A DNA stretch of 61,585 nt, the filler included, from Catajapyx aquilonaris (Eukaryota): NCBI GenBank assembly GCA_000934665.2. It is 4 parts of 4 records of this genome, joined end to end, with 100 filler letters (N's around TTAATTAATTAA, not from the genome) between each part and the next. Parts side by side here need not be neighbours in the genome. Positions count along the whole stretch, not along the records: positions 1 to 15,380 come from KZ539700.1; positions 15,481 to 30,793 come from JYFJ02007539.1; 2 more parts are not named here. The stretch is one strand, 5' to 3'. The notes below the pieces were generated by a model. It had not been told where the DNA came from, did no database searches, and saw only the letters and a list, made by a program, of their open reading frames with translations. Shown piece after piece: positions 12,234 through 23,279 of the stretch. Position 1 is the first letter of the stretch, and the number at the start of each line of letters is the position of its first letter. The position numbers and the translations under genes were made by a program.

Positions 12234-14098
12234 CACCGTCATCCTTCATTTAAATTATTCTCAGACGACTTTAAAACATGGAATATTACTGTAGCGCACG
12301 TACCTTACGTCAGCAAGGTAATATTGACGTCACGGGATCCACCTGTTATACCCACACGCAGTTACTCACATAATAATGAGTGTAACTATACATCCACCCT
12401 GGGTTCTCTGTAATAATTTATTATGCTGCATAGAACAAACAGAGGCACCTGCAAATGATGCCCCATCCTCCTGGATCTTCGCAGTGCATCCATCGAATAC
12501 GACCCACAGGTTTATTGAGCTTCCGTCGTACAGTCCCCAATAACGCTAATCAAATTTCGGTCGTGTCACGCTTGATTTTCCGACAATCGGGACATATCCT
12601 CTAATAAGGAAGAGGAGTAGTAGCATGAGAAGTGCAAGGCCAAGGTCGCAGCGTTGCCGCCTCTCCATGTAGGAAGTCTGGATTCTCTCTATCTGTGTTG
12701 CTACTGGTGACGCCCGCCCTCCCCCTCCTCCCCTCTGACTACCGACGCCCTATGACGTCACAGGCACCATGACAACCCTCCCACCCCCTCCCTCTCCTCT
12801 CCAGCTATCCTCCGAAACCGACGCCCTTGACCTCTAAACGCACACCAACAAGTCAGATGACGTCAGCAGGGGATTTTGTCCCCCTAACACTCCCACACAG
12901 CCCCCGCATTATATTGCCCCCNCCCCCCTCTCTTCTCCGGATTCCCGGATTTTACATCGGTTCATACCCCGGTGCAATTTCCATCACGTCATTACATAGA
13001 TCAATTTCGATAATATTAAAGGTTAGACTGGTATTTTGGGGAGTTCATGGAACTGGTTGTATTGCAATAGATGGCTCGATTTTTAAATATCAAAATTGAT
13101 CATATAGATGCTACTTGTACGGATAATCGTGCGTCATATAATATAAAAGAGTAGGCTGCCGAATTTAAATGGTGTTATGACCTTGACATTCCGCATTGCG
13201 TATCGGACGAGTTGGGTTACAGGTGAACTTTTTGTTAAATAACATATTTTGAGCAGTTCATATCTCCTATGAAGAGCGAATGTACTGCACTTGTTACCTA
13301 TACCCAGTGGTCGGTTCTCACGTATTACGCACAGGTTTTCGACTTTCGGGTATAAATAATAGATACATATGGTTTGACGCACTTCAAAATGTGCATTAAA
13401 CTCAACTGCTGGGATAGTGTTACTTTGTAATCCCCCCCCCCCTACCTGTGAAGTACCACATTTATATTTACAGTAGAAATGACGTTGACGCACGACGCAT
13501 TAAATTTTTATGCATGCTATATATTAGTCACATTGTTCTGGATCTGACGTAATGTAAGCTTTAATGCAATATAATTATCTTATGGATCTTATGGAATTAG
13601 TATACCTTACTCTTATGATTATTTATTATATAGGTCGATCAATGTACAGTAAATACCGTTTATTGTGGCATGTAACTTAAGGTAATCGATAAGGTGAATA
13701 GCCAGACTTGGGTGCGTTAGTCACGTATGCATTTTCATCTGGGTGGTCATGTGGGGGTGGTATTTTTCTAGGGGAGAGGGCGGAGATAAGGGGGAGGGGG
13801 TGTGTGTACATTTTTTTTCTTCTTTTTACTGTGGAGAAAGGAGGGCAAAGGAGGTTAAACGTTGGGAATCGAGTTTTTGGTTTGGTTTTAGCGCCCTGGG
13901 CTTTCGTGTTGGGGCAACTGTGGACTGCCGCTGCCGGATTGTAATTTTTTCGTCTCCTGGGGGTAAGGTCACAGGGTGGGGCAAAAATGCTGGGTTCCCC
14001 TCATTTCGGCGCATTTAATAATTGACGGATTGTAGCTTCCTCAGTAGTCTTCTACACAATCCTGGAATTGTTATTTGTATGTTTTAGAAAAATAGCAC

Positions 14099-14160
<62 letters not shown>
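14099..14160. repeat. (TTA)n microsatellite
   Basis: Directly visible; explains the poly-Ile and poly-Asn ORFs. Confidence 0.95.
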
Positions 14161-14589
14161 GGTAATGCAATGATCTGTCATTATTTTTATGGCCATAAGA
14201 TCGGCGATGTGAGAGGAGAAGTATTTCTGAATGGTATATGTACCGTGGTCTGTAGTGTACACTACTATTGTACTTGGAGTCTATCTGCACAGCTCTTCAT
14301 AATCTCAAATGAGACAAAAATGTAACATGTATTGTAGACGTTACGATTGAGTCCGATCATCTTTTGCACTAATAAGAAAGAATCAATAATGAAACTAAAG
14401 AATACAATAACGAAGGGTCATTAGTTTTGTCCAGGTTCGTTAAAACGCGTAGGACTACGTAATTACGGGCACATACATTTGAGATCAACTCCTATTATTT
14501 TCACGCTTCGATTCGGTGTTGTGACGAGATGTGGGCGTCACCTTGAGTAACTTCCAGCAGGCGACATTATTATCTGAAAGTCTCTATAA

Positions 14590-14934
14590 GGGCCAGTTTC
14601 ACCGAGCTCAGTATAACTTAGAACAGGGATATTCAACTGGCGGCCCGCGGTCCGGATCCGGACCACGACGCAATTTTGTCCGGACCGCGACAATATACAG
14701 GACAGTTTGAAATAGCATGATAAATTACTAATTCATGATTTTTTTTTGGAAAAAGTGCTACCAATTTCATCAAATACACACCTATTCAAATCTCCCACAT
14801 CTACCCCTGACTTAGAACCTCGGTTATAACAAGAATAATTGCCATAACAACCATTGTTGTCAACAATGAAAACTGAGGATTTTTTTGAAAAGAAACTCGG
14901 ATTTACAATACACTGAGCTAGGTGAAACCGGCCA
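14590..14934. mobile_element. PIF/Harbinger-like MITE containing a hAT 5' end
   Basis: TIR GGCCAGTTTCACCGAGCTCAGT / ACTGAGCTAGGTGAAACCGGCC with nearby TAA flanks. Internal CAGGGATATTCAACTGGCGGCCCGCGG is a Charlie-like end. 14728-14800 recurs at about 28808-28885. Confidence 0.55.
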
Positions 14935-15380
14935 TAATATAAGGGGTCTACATAAAGCGGTGACGAGGAAAATAATCTGAGTAGGTTTTTCCAGGAAAAC
15001 TCACCATTCCAGTACGATTCCTCTTATGTTCAGAATAATCCGACTTTGGCCTCAGTAGGCAACGCAATGATCGCCCACATCCCTTCCTGCGTCGTGAAAT
15101 GCTGAGGTATCTTTTACCTGTGCTCCCAGCTTGCATGTTCGCAGTATCGGATGGACTGGATATATTATATACTGATTGAGCCAATAAACGGCTTATGGGC
15201 ATCCTATTGCATGGAAATGTGACATCATCTTTCAAAAAAAATCACGAAGTCTGCTGCTGCTTTACCAGATGCGGCATTTTTTTTTACCACGGATTACTTT
15301 TTACTTTGAATTTCCATCAGTTATGCTGGTGCTCCTCCTGCCTTCCCCACGTTCTCATCTCCTCACCCCCCCCCCTCTCT

Positions 15381-15480
15381 NNNNNNNNNNNNNNNNNNNN
15401 NNNNNNNNNNNNNNNNNNNNNNNNTTAATTAATTAANNNNNNNNNNNNNNNNNNNNNNNNNNNNNNNNNNNNNNNNNNNN
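15381..15480. other. Artificial contig spacer (44N-TTAATTAATTAA-44N)
   Basis: Six-frame stop linker flanked by 44 N on each side; identical at three places. Confidence 0.95.
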
Positions 15481-15942
15481 ATATTTGGTCACAGGAGGAG
15501 TGTGACTCGCGTAAGGTGATAGCACCCTGTATCAGTTCTGTCACGACAAGGTCGGAGTCAGCTATATAAAGGCTCCACCCAACCTACTCGGGGCCCGTTC
15601 CCGAGGAAGTTGTCTAGAAGGAAGGAGGGTCCAGAGGAGTCCCAAACCAACTCTTATTCGCCCAGCCCTGGGCAGCCATTGCTGTAGAGGGAGGAGCAGA
15701 CCCCTGCGTGGTAGCACGGCCTTCCGGGTTGACTTACCTACAGAGATGTCCCTGATTGCAGTCACAAAGGTCAGAACTGATACATGGGTTGCCTAATGAT
15801 TCTGTCACAGTAGATTATTAGCTGATGTCAATAAACAATGGATAAGACCATACTGCCCATTTATTCCAAGGTGTAACCCGGGAGACCAAAAAGAACTATA
15901 CATGTGGTCGGAGGTCCATGACCCTTGACCTTACTTGTGACA
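15481..15942 (+). mobile_element. LTR, 5'-truncated by the contig end
   Basis: Collinear with 23465-23937. TATATAAA at 15563, AATAAA at 15830, ends TGTGACA. Confidence 0.8.
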
Positions 15943-17393
15943 TCATAGTGCAAAGGACTACTTGTCCTACACTCCAACAGTAAAGATTCCAGCAATGATT
16001 GCAGCAATAGCGGGTAATGGTTCTTTATATCCCATAGTGCCGTCTTTCTAAACTTTACACAACTGCAAACATCAACGTTGTGGGCCAGAATCGTCGATAT
16101 GTGAATGCAGTTGTAGTCCTAATTATGACCCTGGGCTAAACATGCATAATATTTCAGATGATCCTGGTGAGTTAAGTGAATACGCTGGCCAGGTATCCTT
16201 CGATGAAGATGGAAAGCTGGTGCATCGTGACCCACTACGGCCAAAAAAAAAAAGAAACCAGTTCTGGTGCCATCAGACGATGAAGAAGACAATGACACTA
16301 TCAGAAGTCAAACTCTGCCCGAGTTAAAAAATAGAGAGAGAAAAAAAAAATCAAAGTTTGCAAATGCGAAAAAGAGAGTCGACTTGGAAACCCAAGAAAC
16401 CATTGATGATTCAACTGAGAGCACACTCAGACGTGGCGAGTGTGTTCCATGCTGCCCAAGAGCTTCTGAATGAAGTGTACGAAGATGAAGATCTGGACAA
16501 TGGGCCGTGTATGATACCTATAACAGGTGCTCCAGACCCAAAGGCTGAGGTTAATGAGCTGCGGAAGATCGTTGAAGAAAAAAAATAAAATCATTGCCAG
16601 CCCCCAGGAGGAACTGAATTTTTTCAAACAAGGTAATGGGAATTATGTATGTTGTACAAATTGAAGTGTTTTCTGTGACATTTTGCATGAGCTTAACATT
16701 TTTTTTGTAACCTTCGCAGCACCTGAAGCTATCAATTTCATGGCCGAAATGAGTCGGCGTTTGGCACCATGCTCCGACTTGGTATGGTTTTTATTTTCAC
16801 TGTTATTGAAACAGTAACGTGTAGTAATTTATGTTTTTAAATGCTTTTAGAATCAGTCCATGTCAGTAGGCCTACATCGATCGCCCGCATCGAATAAGGT
16901 ACGGTATCTGCATGAATGGTACTTTCTGCTTTTATACAGTGCAGTACATACTAATGCACTTGTGAATAACACTAAGTAACGAAAAGTTAGCATCAATCAG
17001 AACAAATCACATGTTTGCTGCCCTACTTCCAATATTTTGGTACTGGGTGTGCACTGGAAACTACTTGCTGCACTCCAGCACCTTTACGGAATTCATACTA
17101 CAGAAAACAAGTCTCAGCTCACTAACTGAATGAACCATAATCACTGTATCTTGTAATTATTATCCGTCTCTTATCTGGTAATCCAAAATGTATATAATTG
17201 TACTGTGACAGGTTGAAATTCTCCCTGGATGTGGCATTTGGATGACACAACCACAGAAGACGGCTCTGGAACTGTCCACTGCATCTGTGGGACAGATGGC
17301 AGGGAAATTCCTCACCACCCTCCACACACCTGAGGAGCTGTCTGGTATGACGGCCAAAGGGTCTCGAGGGACGAAAACTCCGCTACCTGCAGC
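15943..17393 (+). pseudogene. Spliced BEN-domain gene (exons about 15943-16013, 16158-16632, 16720-16781, 16851-16898, 17212-17393), frameshifted and lacking the BEN C-terminal helices
   Basis: GT-AG introns with compatible phases (1,1,0,0). The last exon reads VEILPGCGIWMTQPQKTALELSTASVGQMAGKFLTTLHTPEELSGMTAKGSRGTKTPLPA, like the BEN pattern M.R.LL..LF..EEL...S..G.....L. It follows an acidic/basic, coiled-coil exon with frameshifts, at least some in poly-A runs. Confidence 0.6.
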
Positions 17394-17483
17394 GTAAGTA
17401 GATTTGATGAACAATCCAAGATGTGGAATTTTTACCACCAGTATTTTTCCTAATATGATGTGTTCAATAGAGTAAAACCACAA

Positions 17484-19654
17484 ATGCACACTCCTTCATA
17501 TAACACCTGCTTGCGCTTAATGCTGGTTTTATCTCTTTCCCCATGCCATACCATGGTTTCATGCGAAAATTTTCCCAATGATGCAGGTATTGTTGGAAGG
17601 CATAGTGGCATACCTCGCAATAACTGCGGGTTCGGTTTTTATCAAGAGATGACTGGAAATTAATATTACAGTTTGACCTTGTAGGATTGCAGAAAGAATT
17701 GGGACAAATTACAAATGAAATGCTATTTTTTGAAAATTTCGTTATGACCACGCACGAAGCATGTGCGCAAAACTTTAAAGTAAAAATGGAATTACATGGT
17801 ACTCGTTTGAAGGAAGCTGATATTATCTTCGAACGAACCTTCTGCAACACTACATCGCTGGAGGTATCCTATTTGCACAAGAAATGCATGAAATTATTTG
17901 TGAAGTCGGGATATTAAAAGGACTGTTGACAGAATCAAACGATAATAGAAAAAGGAGAGCCTTAATTAATTTTGGAGGCCAAATTTTAAAGTTTATATTT
18001 GGGGTAAGTACTGAAGACGACGTAAATGAACTCCAGAAGCAAATTGAGAAGGCCACTATTTTAAATCAAATTTACCAAAAGGTCGATAAAAATACAAAAA
18101 ACATTGCGCAATTAACTAATACAATTAGCCAAATGAATCAACGCCTGTCATCATTTAAAGAATTAATTGAACAACGTTTGGTATATGCTACATATTATAG
18201 CACAGCGCTGATGATCATTAATACAGGAGGAGCACGTTTATTGCACGCCGCTTTAGCACAAGCACGAATTGTCGTTGCTGAACTAATACAAGCTTTTCAA
18301 CAGATTAATCTGGGAAAATTGCATCCCTCTTTAATATCTCCAAAAGTGTTGTTAGTAGATAACTTACACCTGATTTCTGTCGTATTACCGTCTAATATGC
18401 ACTTCTAAACTCCTTTGACGGAAAGAAATATATTAACACTGTACAAGTGGTGTCATACTTACATAGTGCCTTCCCAAGAATCGATGATGATCATAATAAC
18501 TGTGCCTTTGCAAAGAGAAGGCAATGCTTCTGAATTGTATAAAGTAGTCCCCTGGCCTTTCTTGGTACAGGACAAATTGTCAGCTGTTGTACGAAACATA
18601 AAGCTTTTTCTAGCGGTCTCTCGAGATAAGCAAGCGTTCATTGAATTAGAGGAAACTGATATGTTAGACTGCGAGTCAGATAACGACTTCCCTGTATGTC
18701 ATTTCAGAAAACCGGAATGGACCAGACCAAGCACTTCTTGTACTTATTCTGTTTTAACGGGATTTGGCCTAAACGGTCAATCGTGTCAAAAAACTATTTC
18801 CTTACATTGAATTAATAGACGCTGAAAAGGGTTCATGGGCTTACACCACACCTAACACATTGCAGTTAAACATACAATGTCGATTCTCAGGAAATAGCAC
18901 ACATTTAACTATTACAGTTACAGGTACTTTTGTTTTGCCTAAAGGCTGTACAGCGTACCACACAGGTTTTCGTATTAAAAGTACCGTACATGGAGGTGTA
19001 CGAGGGAATTTGTTAACGGGAGGACATATCGTAATACGTGCAAAAGGCTCCTTGTGGGAAGGAGAGGAAATGAGAGTTTTGAAGAATTTGTGGAAAGTGA
19101 ATTCACCCAATGATAGTTTACACATGCGTAAAGTATACAAGTTGTTAAATGAAAAGGAAGGCATGTCTCTGGAAAACTTAATGAGAGATTTGAACGAAGC
19201 AAATGAGTTGTTAAAGCTTGATCAGGATTTTGAGAGTGATACAAACCTTTGGGTGCACCCTAGTAGTTATGTGTCCGTGTTTATATTTTTTGGGATTTTG
19301 GCTCTGGTGGGAGTTGTTTATTTTATTGTACGAAGACACAGAAATATAACAGAATGTAATATGGATCCTAGTTACCACAGAGAGCCATCTGTCTCGTACG
19401 TAACCACGCAGGAGCAGACAAGGGAGGAAATTGTAGTGTCGGCTATCCAGTCTTCAAGTCAGCCTGGGCAGAAAAGATCGTCACAGACAGACAACGTTGC
19501 TGGTGCTGGTGCTGCACCCCTTCCACCACCCAGGCATAATAAGGGGCAACTAGCACCCTTCACTTCCCTTCTGGCAGAGCTCGAGATAACACGTACTAGT
19601 TCGCTCCTGTCTGATAAGAGCCCAAGACGGAAGATAAGGAGAAAATGGGGGTGA
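17484..19654 (+). pseudogene. Class I viral fusion glycoprotein (baculovirus F / errantivirus Env-like), copy 1, full length but disrupted
   Basis: Signal-like N-terminus (LMLVLSLSPC), WKLILQFDL motif, furin site RKRR (17947-17958), then fusion peptide ALINFGGQILKFIFGVSTEDD, heptad repeat, GKLHPSLISP, YKVVPWP, Cys-rich region, TM YVSVFIFFGILALVGVVYFIV and a cytoplasmic tail. Frameshifts near 17610, 17650, 17880 and 18806, stop at 18406. Confidence 0.85.
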
Positions 19655-19960
19655 CGATAGATGAGATTGAAGCTTTACTACACCGAGCCGAGGAGCGTAT
19701 AACTGCACGTGTGAAGAAAGACATTACGGAGGTCTTCGCAGAAGCTTTACAAGAACACGTGAGTGAAGTCAAAGTACAGATGGGGACGATGGCGGAAGAG
19801 CTAAGGCAAGTTAAGAGTCAAATGGCAACTTTGGAGGCAAAGTTGTCAGACATGGAGGATAGAGCTAGGCGAAAAAATGTTGTTCTGTTTGGAGCTGGAC
19901 CTGACGAGGACGAAACTTGGGCACAAACCGAAGCGAAGACACTGAATGCACTAAGAAAAT
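19645..19960 (+). pseudogene. LINE ORF1p-like protein N-terminus (coiled coil plus start of RRM), truncated by env copy 2
   Basis: Heptad-rich MAEELRQVKSQMATLEAKLSDMEDRARRKNVVLFGAGPDEDETWAQTE matches the L1/CR1-type ORF1 motif LE.RSRR.N....G..E...E.W...E. Confidence 0.7.
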
Positions 19961-22070
19961 ATTACAAATGAAATGCTATTTTTTTGAAAATTTCGTTATG
20001 ACCACGCACGAAGCATGTGCGCAAAACTTTAAAGAAAAAATGGAATTACATGGTACTCGTTTGAAGGAAGCTGATATTATCTTCGAACGAACCTTCTGCA
20101 ACACTACATCGTTGGAGGTATCCTATTTGCACCAAGAAATGCATGAAATTATTTGGGAAGTCGGGATATTAAAAGGGCTGTTGACAGAATCAAATTATAA
20201 TAGAAAAAGGAGAGCCGTAATTAATTTTGGAGGCCAAATTTTAAAGTTTATATTTGGGGTAAATACTGAAGACGACGTAAATGAACTCCAGAAGCAAATT
20301 GAGAAGGCCACTATTTTAAATCAAATTTACCAAAAGGTCGATAAAAATACAAAAAACATTGCGCAATTAACTAATACAATTAGCCAAATGAATCAACGCC
20401 TGTCATCATTTAAAGAATTAATTGAACAACATTTGGTATATGCTACATATTATAGCACAGCGCTAATGATCATTAATACAGGAGCACGCTTATTGCATGC
20501 CGCCTTAGCACAAGCACGAATCGTCGTTGCTGAACTAATACAAGCCTTTCAACAGATTAATCAGGGAAAATTACATCCCTCTTTAATATCTCCAAAAGTG
20601 TTGTTAGTAGATAACTTACACCTGATTTCTGTCGTATTACCGTCTGATATGCACTTCTTAACTCCTTTGACGGAAAGAAATGTATTAACACTGTACGAAT
20701 GGTTTCATACTTATATAGTGCCTTCCCAAGAATCGATGATGATCATAATAACTGTGCCTTTGCAAAGAGAAGGAAATGCTTTTGAATTATATAAAGTAGT
20801 CCCCTGGCCTTTCTTGGTACAGGACAAATTGTCGGCTGTTGTACGAAACAAAGCCTTTTCTAGCGGTCTCTCGAGATCAGCAAGCGTTCATTGAATTAGA
20901 GGAAACTGATATGTTAGACTGCGAGTCAGATAACGACTTCACTTCATTTTAGAAAACCAGAATGGACCAGACCAAGCACTTCTTGTGCCTATTCTGTTTT
21001 AACGGGATTCGGCCTAAACGGTCAATCGTGTCCAAAAAACTATTTCTTTACATACGACTCCTCTGTTTGAATTAATAGACGCTGAAAAGGGTTCATGGGC
21101 TTACAACATACCTAACACATTACTGTCAAACATACAATGTCGATTCTCAGGAAATAGCACGCATTTAACTATTGTCGGCATAGGCTCTTTTGTTTTGCCT
21201 AAAGGCTGTACAGCGTACCACACAGGCTTTCGTATTAAAAGTACCGTACATGGAGGTGTACGAGGAGATTTGTTAACGGGAGGACATATCGTAATACCTC
21301 CAATAGGCTCCTTGTGGGAAGGAGAAGAAATGAGAGTTTTGAAGAAATTATGGAAAGTGAATTCACCTAACAATAGCATACAAATGAGTAAAGTATATAA
21401 GTTGTTAAATGAAAAGGAAGGCATGTCCTTGGAAAACTTAATGAGAGATTTGAACGAAGCAAATGAGATGTTACAGCTTGATCCGGATTTTTGTGGGTGT
21501 AGGGCCATTCACACGGATTTTAGATTAGAAGGTAACCTGCATGGTAGTTCTAGTAAGGAAATACACTTGAATGGACATATAGTGATCCCAGCGGTCACCT
21601 CTATGTTTAGCGGAGCAGAGTTGCGAGTGTTGAATAGAATGTTGCACACCAACATACTGTTGGAGGAAACTAAGAACAATTTGTGGTACCCTCGAATTAA
21701 TCGAGTAGAAAAAGGAATTCCAATGGAAGATATCATGTTGCGCATTAACGAGGCTAGCACCGATGTATTAAATCGGAGTCATGACTATATTAATAAGAGT
21801 GAATTGGGGTCACAACCGACCTCATATATATCTTTGTTGTTGCTGGTCGGTACTGTATTAGTAATTGCTATTGTTTATGCATTGTGGAAGAAGATTAATT
21901 ATTGTGATGTTTTTTGTAATGGATTGGCAGCAGAGCCAGAACCTTCAGTGACATATGTATCCACTTGTAAACAGGAAATGGAAGAGATTGTATTGTCTAG
22001 TCTACCGGATGGTATTGTCCCCTCATCGGTGGGTGGTACACAGGAGGATAGGAGTAGGCCTGCTCCGTAA
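19961..22070 (+). pseudogene. F/Env-like glycoprotein copy 2, 5'-truncated, chimeric with a divergent paralog after about 21492
   Basis: 19961-21492 is highly similar to 17708-19230 (RKRR at 20202-20213). It then continues in frame into a diverged repeat of the stem region, a second TM (YISLLLLVGTVLVIAIVYALW) and a tail. Confidence 0.85.
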
Positions 22071-22466
22071 CCCTCATGATGTTCCCCCTACTGAATTAAA
22101 GTAATAGTGAATAATAGACAATCTCTTGCGTTTTCTTATCCGGGATGTTAGGAATTGTTTCATGTTAATGGTAAACTCTTGTGTGAAAATGCTGGCGATG
22201 ATCACCTGTGATGAGAGCCTAATTTTGTGTTATAAATATAAACATGTTCGTAGGGAGTATAGTTACTCCGACTGAGAATCAGCAACTCCTCTCACAGGAG
22301 AATAACCATAAGAAGTAAGCATAACCATTAAGTTTGTGGATTCCCCCCNCCCCCCGTTACCCCAAAATAACCTAGCTGGAGCGTCGAGAAAACTGTGATC
22401 TGCATGCCCCTCCAGGGACTAGTAGAGTCAACTGGAATTGGCCGTAGGACCAAGTGATGTCCCAAA

Positions 22467-23150
22467 GTGTTAAGTGAAATAGAGACAGAAGTTACTGTTG
22501 TCCCAATTACCAGTACCCTATATAAGAAGCCTTCCTTCCCCTTTGCCCTATCACACCCGCCTGAACCCTTGAAGAAGCAGCTTCCAGAACCAGTTATTGT
22601 AGTCTCTCCCGTCATGGACTTGTCAACCACCCCCTCAGACGGATGGGAATACTCCCCTGCCTCACCTGAAGCACCTAAACCACGAGAAGAAGCGGCGGAG
22701 GGCTGGCAATCCCCTACCCGTGAGGAGATGGATGCTCGATTGGAGGTTGACCTCCGTTCCAACTTGCCCCCGGCCCCTTTGGCACGGCAGGTGTCACCTG
22801 GGATGCGAACCTCCACACCAGAACGTCGGCAGGAATCTCCTGTGATGTGGATCTCCACCCCCGAATCCCGGCAGGTATCTCCGGAGAGGTGGATCTACAC
22901 CCCTGAACGCCGACAGGCCCAACCAACGCCTCGATGGTCGCCGGGCCAGCAGAATCAACGCTGGCGAGGGACCGTCCAAACCCGGGTCACCACTCCTCCC
23001 ATAGTTATTCATGGGATGGCCAGCGTGCACGTGGTGCGTTGTCCCCAGGATGTCATAACTGTCAACGTCCGGCGTTCCGATGACAAGGTGGTCATCATTC
23101 TACCGGAGGATTGGAGGCAAGATATTCAAGTGGTGTCCCTACCAGTGTAA
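22467..23150 (+). CDS. Orphan Pro/Ser-rich ORF with 14-aa repeats, possibly the 3' part of a longer disrupted ORF
   Basis: 227-aa open frame, GC-richer than its flanks. Repeats STPERRQESPVMWI / STPESRQVSPERWI / YTPERRQ and a beta-rich C-terminus. An in-frame TGA lies at 22455. Confidence 0.4.
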   Translation: MLSEIETEVTVVPITSTLYKKPSFPFALSHPPEPLKKQLPEPVIVVSPVMDLSTTPSDGWEYSPASPEAPKPREEAAEGWQSPTREEMDARLEVDLRSNLPPAPLARQVSPGMRTSTPERRQESPVMWISTPESRQVSPERWIYTPERRQAQPTPRWSPGQQNQRWRGTVQTRVTTPPIVIHGMASVHVVRCPQDVITVNVRRSDDKVVIILPEDWRQDIQVVSLPV

Positions 23151-23279
23151 AACCCCCCCCTTTCAAGCTAAGTGGAAAGGTGTAGTCAATGAGTATTGTC
23201 TAGTTTCACGGAATCAGTCATATTGTGAGAAGAAATTGGGTTTGTCCCAGACATTGTAAGCTACGTGAGTCCTACTGCC

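Noticed and set aside
14948..15290. Possible very decayed PIF1 helicase fragment on the minus strand (AASGKAA...YNISSPS)
   Set aside because: Only a loose resemblance to motif Ia; the DE motif is not recoverable by eye. Needs BLASTX.
15425..15436. TTAATTAATTAA as a biological motif (piggyBac target or homeodomain site)
   Set aside because: Embedded in fixed N runs three times; an artificial linker.
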